Made by a program: the position numbers and the translations under genes | In this document: one piece after another, positions 29,522 to 39,768 of the stretch | Layout of the letters: each line of letters starts with the position of its first letter | Position numbering within the stretch: the first letter of the stretch is position 1 | The notes under the pieces: generated by a model | What the model was told of the DNA's origin: nothing | Seen by the model: only the letters and a program-made list of their open reading frames with translations | Databases searched by the model: none | NCBI GenBank assembly: GCA_016839555.1 | Contig: JAEOUA010000012.1 | Coordinates: forward strand, 128,001 to 192,000 | Direction of reading: 5' to 3' | From: Promethearchaeota archaeon | GTDB lineage: Archaea; Asgardarchaeota; Lokiarchaeia; Sigyniarchaeales; SOKP01 | Length of the DNA: 64,000 nucleotides

Positions 29522-31030
29522 ATGTCTACAATTTATAATGAATTAAAAAAAGTAGTTTCAGAGAAATATATCTCAAATAGCATCTATATTAGACATGCAT
29601 ATTCGAGAGTTGTAGATCCTGTCTTACAAGGTATTCCCGATATCGTTATTAGACCAAAAGATGCGCATGAAATCTCCGAGATCCTTAAAATAGCTAATTC
29701 CAATAATGTTCCAGTTTTACCTAGAGGTGGTGGATGTGGTGAATTTGGAGGAGCTAAACCCATTAAAGATGGAGGTATTGTATTAGATTTAAAACGTATG
29801 GAAAATATCATTGATTTCGATCAAGATAATCTTATAGTAACCGTCGAAGCTGGTATATCATGGGGGAAATTGAATGAGTATTTATCTGATTTTGGTTTAT
29901 ACACAGGTTGTCTTGGTCCAGGAAGTGGTATGACGGCATCTGTAGGAGGTGGAATTTCCCATCATTCAGTTGGAGGAGGAGGATGTGCGAAATATGGAGC
30001 TTGTACAAATCATTTAGTGGGTTTAGAAGTCGTTTTACCGACTGGTGAGATAATTGAGACCGCTTCAAAAGCTAATAAATTTACTAAATTTCCTTTTAAT
30101 CGTTTCGGGAATGGTCCTGATTTAACCGGACTATTTTGTGGAGATAATGGTATATTGGGAGTAAAAACTAAAGCCTCATTAAAAGCTTATCCAAAACCTC
30201 AATTTGCTGCTTATAAAACCTTTCTGATGCCACGTAAATCTATGGAATTATCATCTGAAATCTTTTTAGAAATGCGAAAGAAAGGTCTAGATGTGTATGA
30301 TTCAATGTACTTTATGGATTTACTAGTGGCTGTCGGATGTGAGCATGGTCTATTTCCAATGTGGGAGGATTTAAAACGAAAAAGAGGCATAATGTTCTAT
30401 ACTGTTGAGGCAAATTCTGAGAAAGAACTAAGTGAGAAAGTGGAACAATTAGATAAATTATTCATAGAAAGAAAAGCAACAGAATTGGGACCAGAAATCG
30501 CTGATGGAAATATTGCTAAATGGGATTATGAGGAACAAGGACATTGGCTAATTGCTCATAATTTGTGGGGACTTATCCCTGGCTTTTCACCTTTAGATGC
30601 TGAGTGTCATACTGCCATTAATACATATCCATCAATCATGAAAGATGTAGAACTATGGGATATGGAACATTCAGAGGATATGAATAAGGTACTCGAAATA
30701 ACTGGTATGCGACCAATTTCCGGAACAGGACCTGTAATATTAATTAAAGATAATAATGTGGAATTAACCACAGGATTTACAAGTTTTGAAAGTTATTATG
30801 AGGGTAAATATCATGAAGAACTTAGAGAAATTAATTTAAAACTTTGGAAATCCATGCTAAAAAGAATTACTAAACATGGTGTATCTTGGTATATGATGGG
30901 AGATATTCTGAGCAGACTTCTCGTTGAAATTGGAGCGTTTAGAACGGAATATTTCAATTTATTGAAGCTTTTAAAAAATACCCTCGATCCTAGGCATATA
31001 TTAAGCAGAGGTAAATTTAACTTTTGGTAG
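29522..31030 (+). CDS. FAD-binding oxidoreductase (VAO/GlcD family)
   Basis: PDIVIRP, PRGGG, LDLKRM, GLEVVLPTGEII, GDNGILGV, DPRHILSRGK; close paralog of 34707-36221. Confidence 0.9.
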   Translation: MSTIYNELKKVVSEKYISNSIYIRHAYSRVVDPVLQGIPDIVIRPKDAHEISEILKIANSNNVPVLPRGGGCGEFGGAKPIKDGGIVLDLKRMENIIDFDQDNLIVTVEAGISWGKLNEYLSDFGLYTGCLGPGSGMTASVGGGISHHSVGGGGCAKYGACTNHLVGLEVVLPTGEIIETASKANKFTKFPFNRFGNGPDLTGLFCGDNGILGVKTKASLKAYPKPQFAAYKTFLMPRKSMELSSEIFLEMRKKGLDVYDSMYFMDLLVAVGCEHGLFPMWEDLKRKRGIMFYTVEANSEKELSEKVEQLDKLFIERKATELGPEIADGNIAKWDYEEQGHWLIAHNLWGLIPGFSPLDAECHTAINTYPSIMKDVELWDMEHSEDMNKVLEITGMRPISGTGPVILIKDNNVELTTGFTSFESYYEGKYHEELREINLKLWKSMLKRITKHGVSWYMMGDILSRLLVEIGAFRTEYFNLLKLLKNTLDPRHILSRGKFNFW

Positions 31031-31038
31031 AGGGAACT

Positions 31039-31992
31039 TCATCTCTGTATCTCTGCGGGAAGATAGAAAGGATAATTTTTTCTTAATATTTTAGTATGGA
31101 TAAATCTATCTAATTTTCGAACTCTTTGAAAAATTTCCCACATATTCGCATCACTTTTATAATAATCAAATATTTCTTGCCCCTCTATGGGAGTAAGTTC
31201 GTGGTCAGCAGCTTCTTCTCTTAAAAATGTGTTCGCAAGATCTATTAAGGTAGGAATAAATTCAGGTAATTGCTCCTTATAAAAATTTGCGATTAAATCG
31301 ATAATGACCCTTCGAAAATCATAATATCTATCCACAGTATCTTGAAGAAATAAGGCTTTAAGGAGCCAACGTAAAAAAGAGGGAGCGCTTTTAAGTAGTA
31401 ATTCGGGCTCCATCGCTTCATTACCATTTATTCTAAATAAAGGTGTACTGGTATCTAAATATCCAAGTTTAGTATTTTTTTCGATTTTTGGATTATTCAT
31501 ATTATAATCAATCACTATGAAATTAGAAATCTGCCCATCTAATGCCACTTCATAAGTTTGGCTCTTTTTATTAAAATCCCAAACTTTTTTCATTTCCCTT
31601 AATACGAGAAGGACTAAAAGCTTCACTTGTTCCTTTGATAGGTGATGAATGATTTTATCTCCAACAGAATTAACATCAATCATTTCTTGAATACAATAAA
31701 ATTGTATTTTTCCCATATCGTCTTTAAACCATGCAACATCATAATCAGGCAACTTTAACCCTATTTTTTCAAGCAATTCATTATAGGTTTTATAAGCCCA
31801 AACATGTCTTTTAACTTGACTTTCGTTATCAAAAATAGGGATTCTTTTATACGCTACATTCTGTCCTTTTATGGAAAATACAAGGCTTATCTCACCATAG
31901 CCCAGAATGTTGATAGGAATCTTACCGCGTTCTGGGTGAACGGTATCCAATGTTTTTTCAAATTCTTTTAATAATTCAATATCAATTTTCAT
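31039..31992 (-). CDS. DUF6206-like protein with protein-kinase-like motifs
   Basis: LGYGEISLVF (G-loop), VAYKR, LDGQISNF, YLDTSTP. Confidence 0.7.
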   Translation of the reverse strand: MKIDIELLKEFEKTLDTVHPERGKIPINILGYGEISLVFSIKGQNVAYKRIPIFDNESQVKRHVWAYKTYNELLEKIGLKLPDYDVAWFKDDMGKIQFYCIQEMIDVNSVGDKIIHHLSKEQVKLLVLLVLREMKKVWDFNKKSQTYEVALDGQISNFIVIDYNMNNPKIEKNTKLGYLDTSTPLFRINGNEAMEPELLLKSAPSFLRWLLKALFLQDTVDRYYDFRRVIIDLIANFYKEQLPEFIPTLIDLANTFLREEAADHELTPIEGQEIFDYYKSDANMWEIFQRVRKLDRFIHTKILRKNYPFYLPAEIQR

Positions 31993-32059
31993 GCTACATC
32001 TTCTTTTATTTATAATTGATTTCCTATATTATAAAATTATAAAATATATAAAAGCACTA

Positions 32060-33358
32060 TTATTTATTTAGAATTTTAAGTAAATTTTCAATACCTTGAT
32101 GGAATCTTCTAAGTATATCTTCTATATCTTCTTTCTTAGTGATTAATGGAGGCATTATAATAAGGGTATTTTTCTTATTCCCGCAATAATTCTGTAATAC
32201 TCCTTCATTAATAATGCTAACCATAGCTAATTGAGTATGCATCTCATTATAAAATTCTACTCCCCACATTAACCCCCTGCCTCGTGCTTCTTTAATGAGA
32301 TTTGGAAATTGGTTTGCTATTTTCTTGAGACCATTACCAAATATCTCTCCCATCTCTTTTACATGATTTAGGAATTTTGGATCAGATTGAATTTCTAGCA
32401 TTTTATAAGCAACTGCGCATCCTAGATCAGAGCCTCCAGTAGTGGAGATGTGAATAAATGGATCTTCTCTAAAAACAGCACTTTCTATAAAAGGTTTATA
32501 GCTTGTAGTAGATAAAGGGTAAATCCCTGAGCTCATTCCTTTCCCTAAAACCATAAAATCGGGCACAACTTTTTCATCTGGATATAAACCTCCATAAATG
32601 GCCCAAAATTCACCAGTCCTTCCCAGTCCTGCTTGTACCTCATCAATAATCATTAAGGCTCCATTATCATCACAAATTTTCCGAACTGCAGGGAAATAGC
32701 CTTTTGGTGCAATTAATACTCCTCCAGTGGCAGGAATTGTTTCCAAAATCACACATGCCGTCTTTTTATCAACAGCATTTTCCATAGCTTCTATATCACC
32801 AAAAGGAACTTGTTTAAAACCCGGAGGATTCCATTGAAAAGGCTCTTTAAATTCAGGATCCCCAGTTGCTAAAGCAAGTCCAGTATGACCATGATATCCT
32901 CCAATAGCAGAAACACAGCCGCTTCTTTTTGTATATGCAAATGAAAATTTAATCGCTACATCTATAGCTTCACCTCCACTCACTCCGAATGTAGTTTTGG
33001 TAATTCCTGGGGGCATTAGTTCAGCCAATTTTTCTCCCAATAAGGCCCGCCATTCCGACAATAACATATGATCCCCAAGATCTAACCCACCATCTAAAGC
33101 ATCCTTTAACCTCTGTACAATTTCTGGATTATGATGCCCTAAGTTGAACACTCCGCCCGAAGAACGGCAGTTTATAACCTCTAATGGTGGTTCCCCCGCT
33201 TTTGAACCCTCTAACGTTTTAAAACGTATTCCTTCCCTCTCTCCGGGGATCACTCCAAACCCGAACCCTTTAAATGTTCGGACTTTCGGAGCATTCACAT
33301 ATTTGCTATATAATTTTAAAATCTTTTTCTGAGAATATATTCCAATATAATCATTCAT
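32060..33358 (-). CDS. Class III PLP-dependent aminotransferase
   Basis: SGGEAID, GYHGHT, IIDEVQAGLGRTG, LGKGMSSG, RGRGLMWG. Confidence 0.92.
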   Translation of the reverse strand: MNDYIGIYSQKKILKLYSKYVNAPKVRTFKGFGFGVIPGEREGIRFKTLEGSKAGEPPLEVINCRSSGGVFNLGHHNPEIVQRLKDALDGGLDLGDHMLLSEWRALLGEKLAELMPPGITKTTFGVSGGEAIDVAIKFSFAYTKRSGCVSAIGGYHGHTGLALATGDPEFKEPFQWNPPGFKQVPFGDIEAMENAVDKKTACVILETIPATGGVLIAPKGYFPAVRKICDDNGALMIIDEVQAGLGRTGEFWAIYGGLYPDEKVVPDFMVLGKGMSSGIYPLSTTSYKPFIESAVFREDPFIHISTTGGSDLGCAVAYKMLEIQSDPKFLNHVKEMGEIFGNGLKKIANQFPNLIKEARGRGLMWGVEFYNEMHTQLAMVSIINEGVLQNYCGNKKNTLIIMPPLITKKEDIEDILRRFHQGIENLLKILNK

Positions 33359-33482
33359 ATATTGAATTATACATTAGAAATATAAAAAGATTTAATTTTT
33401 GATAATGGTTAATATAGATTAGTAATCAAAAAACTATTAGAATAATAAAATACTCAAATAAACCTAATAATATAATTACATA

Positions 33483-34436
33483 ATGGTCTTCAATCCATCA
33501 AAAATTTTTCAAGATATTAAAAATAATAAGTTGGATATAGATTTTGGAATTCAATTACTCATATCTATAATTGAAAACAGCTATAAGAAAGAATTAAGAT
33601 TTAAAAGCCTTAAATATCTTAAATTATTAAAAAAGAATTCTCACCGAGTATTTAAACTTCTGGAAAATTTATTAATCTCTGATTGTGATGCCCAGATAAG
33701 ATCATATTGCGCGCGCTATTTGAGGGAACAATTTCTCAAAAAAGCTTTTTCTCCAATGAAATGGGCGATTCATTATGAAAGAGATTACTATTCTCAAATT
33801 GAAATTATTAGAACATTAGCTGAAATAGGTACAAAAGAAAGTAAACAACTTTTATTGAATGAATTAAAAAATTTATTAGCTCAAAAATATGTTGATGACC
33901 AAAATAGATACACTAATCAAAAATTTATTGCTGGAGTGAAAAAATTATTAAATCAAAGGGAATTACGTGAATTATCTACTAATAAAATAACAGAAATTCT
34001 TATTAATCATAAAACAATTTCTCATTTTATAAAAAAATATTACTTTGTTTATTTTAAGTGGGAGAATGGACTAGTCAGTGAATTAGATTTATCAGACTTG
34101 GGATGGAATATCTCTAAATCATGGGATTTTATTTATAGCAAAAGATTAACTGAATTATCAGAGATACCAGAACTAATGAATTTAAAATATTTAAAAAAAT
34201 TAGACCTTTCTAATAATAACATTGAAAATATAAAAGAATTGTGTAATTTTAAAAGTCTTACTAGCTTAATTTTAAAGAATAACCAATTAAAAAATCCCAA
34301 AAATATTACATATCTAAAAAAAATGAAAAATCTAACGCATATAAATTTAAAAGGAAATCCTTTGGCCAAGAAGATACGAAAAGATGATTTCTTAAATGTA
34401 AATTTAATTTTAAAAGATTATCTTATGATACCCTAA
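33483..34436 (+). CDS. HEAT-repeat plus leucine-rich-repeat protein
   Basis: FKLLENLLISD..IR..A HEAT-like unit; LKKLDLSNNNI, LTSLILKNNQL, LTHINLKGNP. Confidence 0.82.
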   Translation: MVFNPSKIFQDIKNNKLDIDFGIQLLISIIENSYKKELRFKSLKYLKLLKKNSHRVFKLLENLLISDCDAQIRSYCARYLREQFLKKAFSPMKWAIHYERDYYSQIEIIRTLAEIGTKESKQLLLNELKNLLAQKYVDDQNRYTNQKFIAGVKKLLNQRELRELSTNKITEILINHKTISHFIKKYYFVYFKWENGLVSELDLSDLGWNISKSWDFIYSKRLTELSEIPELMNLKYLKKLDLSNNNIENIKELCNFKSLTSLILKNNQLKNPKNITYLKKMKNLTHINLKGNPLAKKIRKDDFLNVNLILKDYLMIP

Positions 34437-34532
34437 TTTATATGATTATCTTTTTCAAAAGTGTATTTTTTAAGATGTTTTTATATACAAAAAATATAAT
34501 ATGTAAAATCTCTAATAAATTGTCTTAGGGAT

Positions 34533-34548
34533 TGTTGAATATTCAACA
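34533..34548. promoter_or_regulatory. Perfect 16-bp palindrome TGTTGAATATTCAACA, candidate operator
   Basis: Intergenic, about 160 bp upstream of the FAD oxidoreductase at 34707. Confidence 0.3.
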
Positions 34549-34706
34549 CCTCCAAGCGTTCTTTATAAATTTCTATGATACATAGTAAATAAATATAAAG
34601 CACCTTTTAACATTTGAACTGGATAATTTATAAATATCTTAAGATATACTATTTTATAACGAAAAATTAAATTTTCGATATAAAAGTTAAAACCTATGAA
34701 AATATA

Positions 34707-36221
34707 ATGTCGGATTTATATCAAAAATTAGAGGATATTGTGTCAGAAAAATTCATTTCAAATAGTGAATATGTTCGACATGCCTATTCAAGAAATGTTG
34801 ATCCTGTCTTACAAGGTATTCCCAGTATAGTCATTCGACCACGAGATGCAAAGGAGATTTCGGAAATCTTAAAAATCGCGAATGAAGATAATATTCCTGT
34901 TTATCCAAGAGGTGGTGGCGATTGTGAATTTGGAGGAAGCAAACCTATCGGAGATGGTGGTATTCTCCTCGACATGAAAAGGATGAATAATATTATAAAT
35001 CTTGATCAAGAAAATCTTATAATCACCGCTGAAGCTGGTATATCGTGGGGGAAATTGAATGAATATTTATCTGATTATGGATTGTATACGGGATGTATGG
35101 GTCCTGGCTCGGGGATGACTGCTTCTATTGGAGGTGGGATTTCTCATCATTCTGTGGGAGGAGGGGGATGTGCGAAATATGGCGCTTGTACTAATCAATT
35201 GGTTTCTTTAGAAGTTGTTTTACCTACCGGGGAAATAATAGAAACAGGTTCACAAGCAAATAAATTTTCTAAAATACCCTTTAATCGTTTCGGGAATGGT
35301 CCGGATTTAGCAGGCTTATTTTGTGGAGATAATGGCATATTAGGAGTAAAAACTAAGGTATCATTACAAATTTTTCCAAAACCACCTTATGCAAATTACA
35401 AAACTTTTGCTCTAAATAGGAAATCCGCTCCAATAAGCTCTGAAATACTTTCGGATATTAGACATAAAGGAATTGACGTGTATGATGCGATGTATATCAT
35501 GGATTTAGTAGTAGGTCTTGGCCTTAAAGAAGGACTTTTTCCTATGTGGGAAAAAAATCTGAAGCGAAAATGTGGAATATTTTTTTATACTATAGAAGCT
35601 AATTCGGAAGCAGAACTTGAGGAAAAAACTAAACAATTAGATAACATTATTTTGGGTAAGAATAAAACACAAGAACTTGGTTCTGAGATTTCTGATGGGA
35701 ATATTGCAAGGTGGCACTATGAAGAACAAGGCCACTGGCAAATGTATCATAATTTATGGGGCTTATATCCTGCATTAGAACCATTAACGGCAGAATGTTT
35801 TACTCCAATTAATACATATCCGGATATTCTATTAGATCTTGATCAATGGGATATGGAACACAATGACGATATTCAAAAAGTTACTAATATTACTGGTCAG
35901 AGACCAATTACAGGAAGTGGACCAGTATTATTAGTCGATGGATGCAATGTAGAGCTTACCTGTGGATTTACCAGTAACCCACCATATTTTGATGGAAAAT
36001 ATTATGATATAATTGATGAAATTAATTTAAAATTATGGAAATCAATATTAGAACGAGTCACTAAGCATGGAGTCCAATGGTATATGATGGGAGACATTCT
36101 AAGTCGACTTTTCGTTGAAATTGGGGCAATCAGACCCGAATATCACTATTTAATGAAGCTAATAAAAGATTCGGTTGATCCAAAACATATATTAAGCAGA
36201 GGCAAATTCAACTTTTGGTAA
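34707..36221 (+). CDS. FAD-binding oxidoreductase (VAO/GlcD family)
   Basis: Same motifs as 29522-31030; ends DPKHILSRGKFNFW. Confidence 0.9.
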   Translation: MSDLYQKLEDIVSEKFISNSEYVRHAYSRNVDPVLQGIPSIVIRPRDAKEISEILKIANEDNIPVYPRGGGDCEFGGSKPIGDGGILLDMKRMNNIINLDQENLIITAEAGISWGKLNEYLSDYGLYTGCMGPGSGMTASIGGGISHHSVGGGGCAKYGACTNQLVSLEVVLPTGEIIETGSQANKFSKIPFNRFGNGPDLAGLFCGDNGILGVKTKVSLQIFPKPPYANYKTFALNRKSAPISSEILSDIRHKGIDVYDAMYIMDLVVGLGLKEGLFPMWEKNLKRKCGIFFYTIEANSEAELEEKTKQLDNIILGKNKTQELGSEISDGNIARWHYEEQGHWQMYHNLWGLYPALEPLTAECFTPINTYPDILLDLDQWDMEHNDDIQKVTNITGQRPITGSGPVLLVDGCNVELTCGFTSNPPYFDGKYYDIIDEINLKLWKSILERVTKHGVQWYMMGDILSRLFVEIGAIRPEYHYLMKLIKDSVDPKHILSRGKFNFW

Positions 36222-36484
36222 AGGAAGATTTTTATCTTGGAGATAATGAATAATTAGAAAAAACATTTTAGATATATAAGGATCTTGATTAGTCCGAGAA
36301 GAGAAATTTTTAAGAGAATCTCCTATCCATTCTGGAACAGCCGAGCGATGTGAGGTATTATTTATTGATTTAGGATTCAAAGAATAAAAAAATATTTTTA
36401 AAGAAACAAGAATCTTTAGCATCTCTACCATAACTTATATATGATATAAATGCTTGCAATTCTCACAATTACCAGATAATTATC

Positions 36485-37150
36485 TTAGGGAGAATCATAA
36501 ACTTTGGTGAAAACTCTAACTCCTCGAGCTTTTAAAAATTCAAGGGGCTCTAAATAATCTATAATTTTATTGCCTGCTAAATTCAATTGTTCAAGTGATA
36601 TCAGTTTTGTAATTGAGTAGGGAACGGTCTTAATTTGATTTTCTGTTAAACGCAGATATTTAAGCGATTCCAGATTAGAAATTTCCTCTGGAATAGTCAG
36701 AATTTTGTTATAACTTAAATCTAAAACTTCAAGGGAAGTTAGCTCAGTTATAACATTAGGAAACTCCTTATAATCATTAATTATTAAACTCAATTTTTTA
36801 ATGGATTTCAATTTTCGAATTGAGTCTGGCAAAAAAATAGAAGTATTGACACTTAAGTCTAATTCTATGATAGAAGTAAGGTTTCCTATCCATTCTGGAA
36901 CAATCGAAATCCTTTGGTGACGCATATATAGCTTCTTAAGTGATACGAGGCTTCTTATAGGCTCTGGAATTTCATTTAATTGGAAATGAGAAATGGCAAG
37001 TGCAGTAACCCTCCCCTTTTCCGTAGTGAACCCCATTTTTGTTTTCCATGAAATATCTTCAACCCTTAAAAATCTTTGGCCCACTATAGATTCCAATTCT
37101 TTCAAAACCTCTAAATCTTGCTGCTCAAGTTCGACCCCACGAAATAGCAA
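36485..37150 (-). CDS. Leucine-rich repeat protein (copy 1)
   Basis: IPEPIRSLVSLKKL, VPEWIGNLTSIIELDL, LEVLDLSYNKI, LKYLRLTENQI. Confidence 0.9.
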   Translation of the reverse strand: MLFRGVELEQQDLEVLKELESIVGQRFLRVEDISWKTKMGFTTEKGRVTALAISHFQLNEIPEPIRSLVSLKKLYMRHQRISIVPEWIGNLTSIIELDLSVNTSIFLPDSIRKLKSIKKLSLIINDYKEFPNVITELTSLEVLDLSYNKILTIPEEISNLESLKYLRLTENQIKTVPYSITKLISLEQLNLAGNKIIDYLEPLEFLKARGVRVFTKVYDSP

Positions 37151-37390
37151 TACATTTCACCTTGTTATAAATAATACCTTTATTTTTCTTATCTATATAA
37201 CTTTTTAAATATATTAAATTATTCATTCTACTAAATTAAGGTTTTTTAATGATTTTTGTTGAATTATTTATTGGTTTAGGATTTAAAGAATAAAAAAATA
37301 TATTTAAAGAAACAAGAATCTTTAGCATCTCTATCATAACTTATATATGATATAAATGCTTGTAATTCTTACAATTCCCACATAATTATC

Positions 37391-38056
37391 TTAGGGAGAG
37401 TCATAAACTTTAGTGAAAACTCTAACTCCTCGAGCTTTTAAAATTTCAAGGGGCTCTAAATAATCTATAATTTTATTGCCTGCTAAATCCAATTCTTCAA
37501 GGGATATTAACTTAGTAATTGAGTAAGGAACTGTCTTAATTTGATTTTCTGTTAAACGCAGATATTTAAGTGATTCCAGATTAGAAATTTCTTCTGGAAT
37601 GGTCTGAATTTCGTTAAGACCAAGATTTAAATAAATAAGCGATGGTAATTTAGTTATTACTTTTGGAAACTCTTTATAACCGTTAAGTATTAAATTTAAT
37701 TTTTTAAGGTCTTTTAACTTTTGGAGAGATTCTGGTAGCTTTATAGAGTCATTCGTACTTAAATCCAATTCTGCTAGAGAAGTGAGGTCCCCTATCCATT
37801 CTGGAAGGATCGAAAATTTATTATGGGACAAATATAACTTCTTAAGCGAGGTAAGATCTCTTATAGAGTGTGGAATCTCTTTTAATTGGAATTGAGAGAG
37901 CGCAAGCCCAGTAACTCTTCCCTTTTCCGCAATAAATCCCATTTTCGTATCCCATCTAAGATCTATAACCCTTGAAAATTTTTGATAAACCAAAGGTTCC
38001 AACTCTTTCAAAACATTTAAATCTTGCTGAACAAGCTCAGTATCACGAAAGAACAA
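37391..38056 (-). CDS. Leucine-rich repeat protein (copy 2)
   Basis: LKKLYLSHNKF, LPEWIGDLTSLAELDLSTN, LEELDLAGNKI. Confidence 0.9.
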   Translation of the reverse strand: MFFRDTELVQQDLNVLKELEPLVYQKFSRVIDLRWDTKMGFIAEKGRVTGLALSQFQLKEIPHSIRDLTSLKKLYLSHNKFSILPEWIGDLTSLAELDLSTNDSIKLPESLQKLKDLKKLNLILNGYKEFPKVITKLPSLIYLNLGLNEIQTIPEEISNLESLKYLRLTENQIKTVPYSITKLISLEELDLAGNKIIDYLEPLEILKARGVRVFTKVYDSP

Positions 38057-38349
38057 TACATTTCACCTTATTAAATATAAAATTTTTATTTCTATTATGG
38101 ATATAACTTTATTTTTTTATTTTATGTTTTTATAGCATTTCTTAAAGATTAAAAAAGTATTAATACTTCATTTTTTATAAGTTAATAACTATATTAACAA
38201 ATTTTTTTAAATATTTTTATTATTTAAAATCACATAAGAATATATCTTAATTTTATTTAATTTAATCAGTTTTAATTATTTATAATTATTTTACTAAATA
38301 TCGTTGAAAAATTATGATTTTATATTTCGGATCTGATATAATTTTAAAG

Positions 38350-38406
38350 ATTGATCCCAAATTTATCTTAAGTAGGGGTAAATTTCATTTTGGAGGTGAA
38401 AAATAA
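38350..38406 (+). pseudogene. 3'-terminal relic of a FAD-oxidoreductase gene abutting the Fe-S subunit start
   Basis: Translates IDPKFILSRGKFHFGGEK* (compare DPKHILSRGKFNFW*); its TAA directly precedes ATG 38407. Confidence 0.75.
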
Positions 38407-39642
38407 ATGGCGGAATTAAAAAATTTAAAGAAGCAATGGGAAGCTATAATGTCCTGTATGCTTTGTGGTGATTGTGGCTACGCCATCCGTCCAGCGGTTG
38501 GGAGATATCTTACTTGTCCCGTAAAAGAGGCTTTGGGCGAAGATGCATTTGAAATTTATTTTGCTCGTGGACGTATGAATGTACTTAAAAGTATTTTAGA
38601 AGGAAAACTTCCCTTAAGTAGAGAATTGGCTGAATATGTTTACCAATGTTCAGAATGCGGCAATTGCACGGAGGTATGCCATATGACGCAAAATGAAAAT
38701 ATCGTATTAAACACTTCTAAATGGATCGATCATGTAGAAGTATGGGATGCCTTAAGGAGAGATTTAGTGGAAGCGGGTTATGCACCGTTAGATAAACATG
38801 CACGATTAATCGAATTTATGAACAAGGAAGATATGAGGAACCCCTATGGCGAACCAAAATCTGAAAAATATGCATGGGCAGAAGGTTTTTCGAATATAAA
38901 GGAAAAAGGAGAATTAGCTATCTTTGCAGGATGCACGATGCCTTTAAGAGAATCTGATACATTGAGAAATATGATGAAAATATTCCAAGCAGCGGGAATG
39001 GAAATCGCTTATTCTAAAGATGAATGGTGTTGCGGTTCGATTGCCATGAGAATTGGCGATTATGATTCCGTACAAGAAGAAATGAAACATAATATAGAAA
39101 TGTTTAAAAATATGGGGGCTAAAGTAGTGTTTTCTCCCTGCGCGGGATGTTTTCGAACGTTAAAAAAAGATTATCCCGAGCAAATCGGTGAAGAGCTGCC
39201 ATTTGAAGTAAAGCATATTACCGAATTACTAATTGATATGATTAATAAGGGTCAGATTCCATTTAAAGAGACCGATGCTGAACCTATTAAGGTGACTTAT
39301 CATGATCCTTGCCATTTAGGACGACATATGGACTTATATGAGATACCTCGTGAGGTTATAAAAAAGATTCCCGGAATAGAATTGATTGAGATGAAGAGAA
39401 ATCGAAAAAATGCTTGGTGCTGTGGAGCTGGAGGAGGCGTGAAAAGCCAATTTCCAGATTTAGCGGTAGAAATCTCAAAAGAACGCATTTTAGAAGCTAT
39501 TGAAAGCGGAGCAGAAATCTTATTAACAAGCTGTCCCTTTTGCGTTGGTAATTTGCAAGATGCATATGAGTCAATGGGTTCAGAAGTTCAAGAAAAAATT
39601 AAAGTAGTAGATATCATTGACTTCATTGCCTCTAAAATCTAA
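38407..39642 (+). CDS. (Fe-S)-binding CCG-domain oxidoreductase subunit (HdrD/GlpC/GlcF family)
   Basis: CMLCGDC..CP, CSECGNCTEVC, FAGC, WCCG, PCAGC, YHDPCHLGR, WCCGAGGG, SCPFC; GGAGGTGA SD. Confidence 0.92.
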   Translation: MAELKNLKKQWEAIMSCMLCGDCGYAIRPAVGRYLTCPVKEALGEDAFEIYFARGRMNVLKSILEGKLPLSRELAEYVYQCSECGNCTEVCHMTQNENIVLNTSKWIDHVEVWDALRRDLVEAGYAPLDKHARLIEFMNKEDMRNPYGEPKSEKYAWAEGFSNIKEKGELAIFAGCTMPLRESDTLRNMMKIFQAAGMEIAYSKDEWCCGSIAMRIGDYDSVQEEMKHNIEMFKNMGAKVVFSPCAGCFRTLKKDYPEQIGEELPFEVKHITELLIDMINKGQIPFKETDAEPIKVTYHDPCHLGRHMDLYEIPREVIKKIPGIELIEMKRNRKNAWCCGAGGGVKSQFPDLAVEISKERILEAIESGAEILLTSCPFCVGNLQDAYESMGSEVQEKIKVVDIIDFIASKI

Positions 39643-39768
39643 TTATTTTATTTTTTTTACATTTTATTTTTTTAAATTTCTATAAAATAGATCTCAAAAA
39701 AAACCATAAACATAATATTTTTACAATAATTTACCTAAATAACATAAAAGTATGATTAATTTAGGTAT

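Larger units (their letters stand above)
36358..38110. repeat. Tandem duplication (~906-bp period) of an LRR gene plus its flanks
   Basis: Both genes are 221 aa, offset 906 bp; ~125 bp downstream flank nearly identical (aagaaacaagaatctttagcatctcta..taacttatatatgatataaatgcttg); outer boundaries approximate. Confidence 0.85.

Noticed and set aside
36192-36431. 79-aa ORF as a real gene
   Set aside because: It is made of the duplicated flank plus a short LRR scrap and overlaps the flavoprotein 3' end
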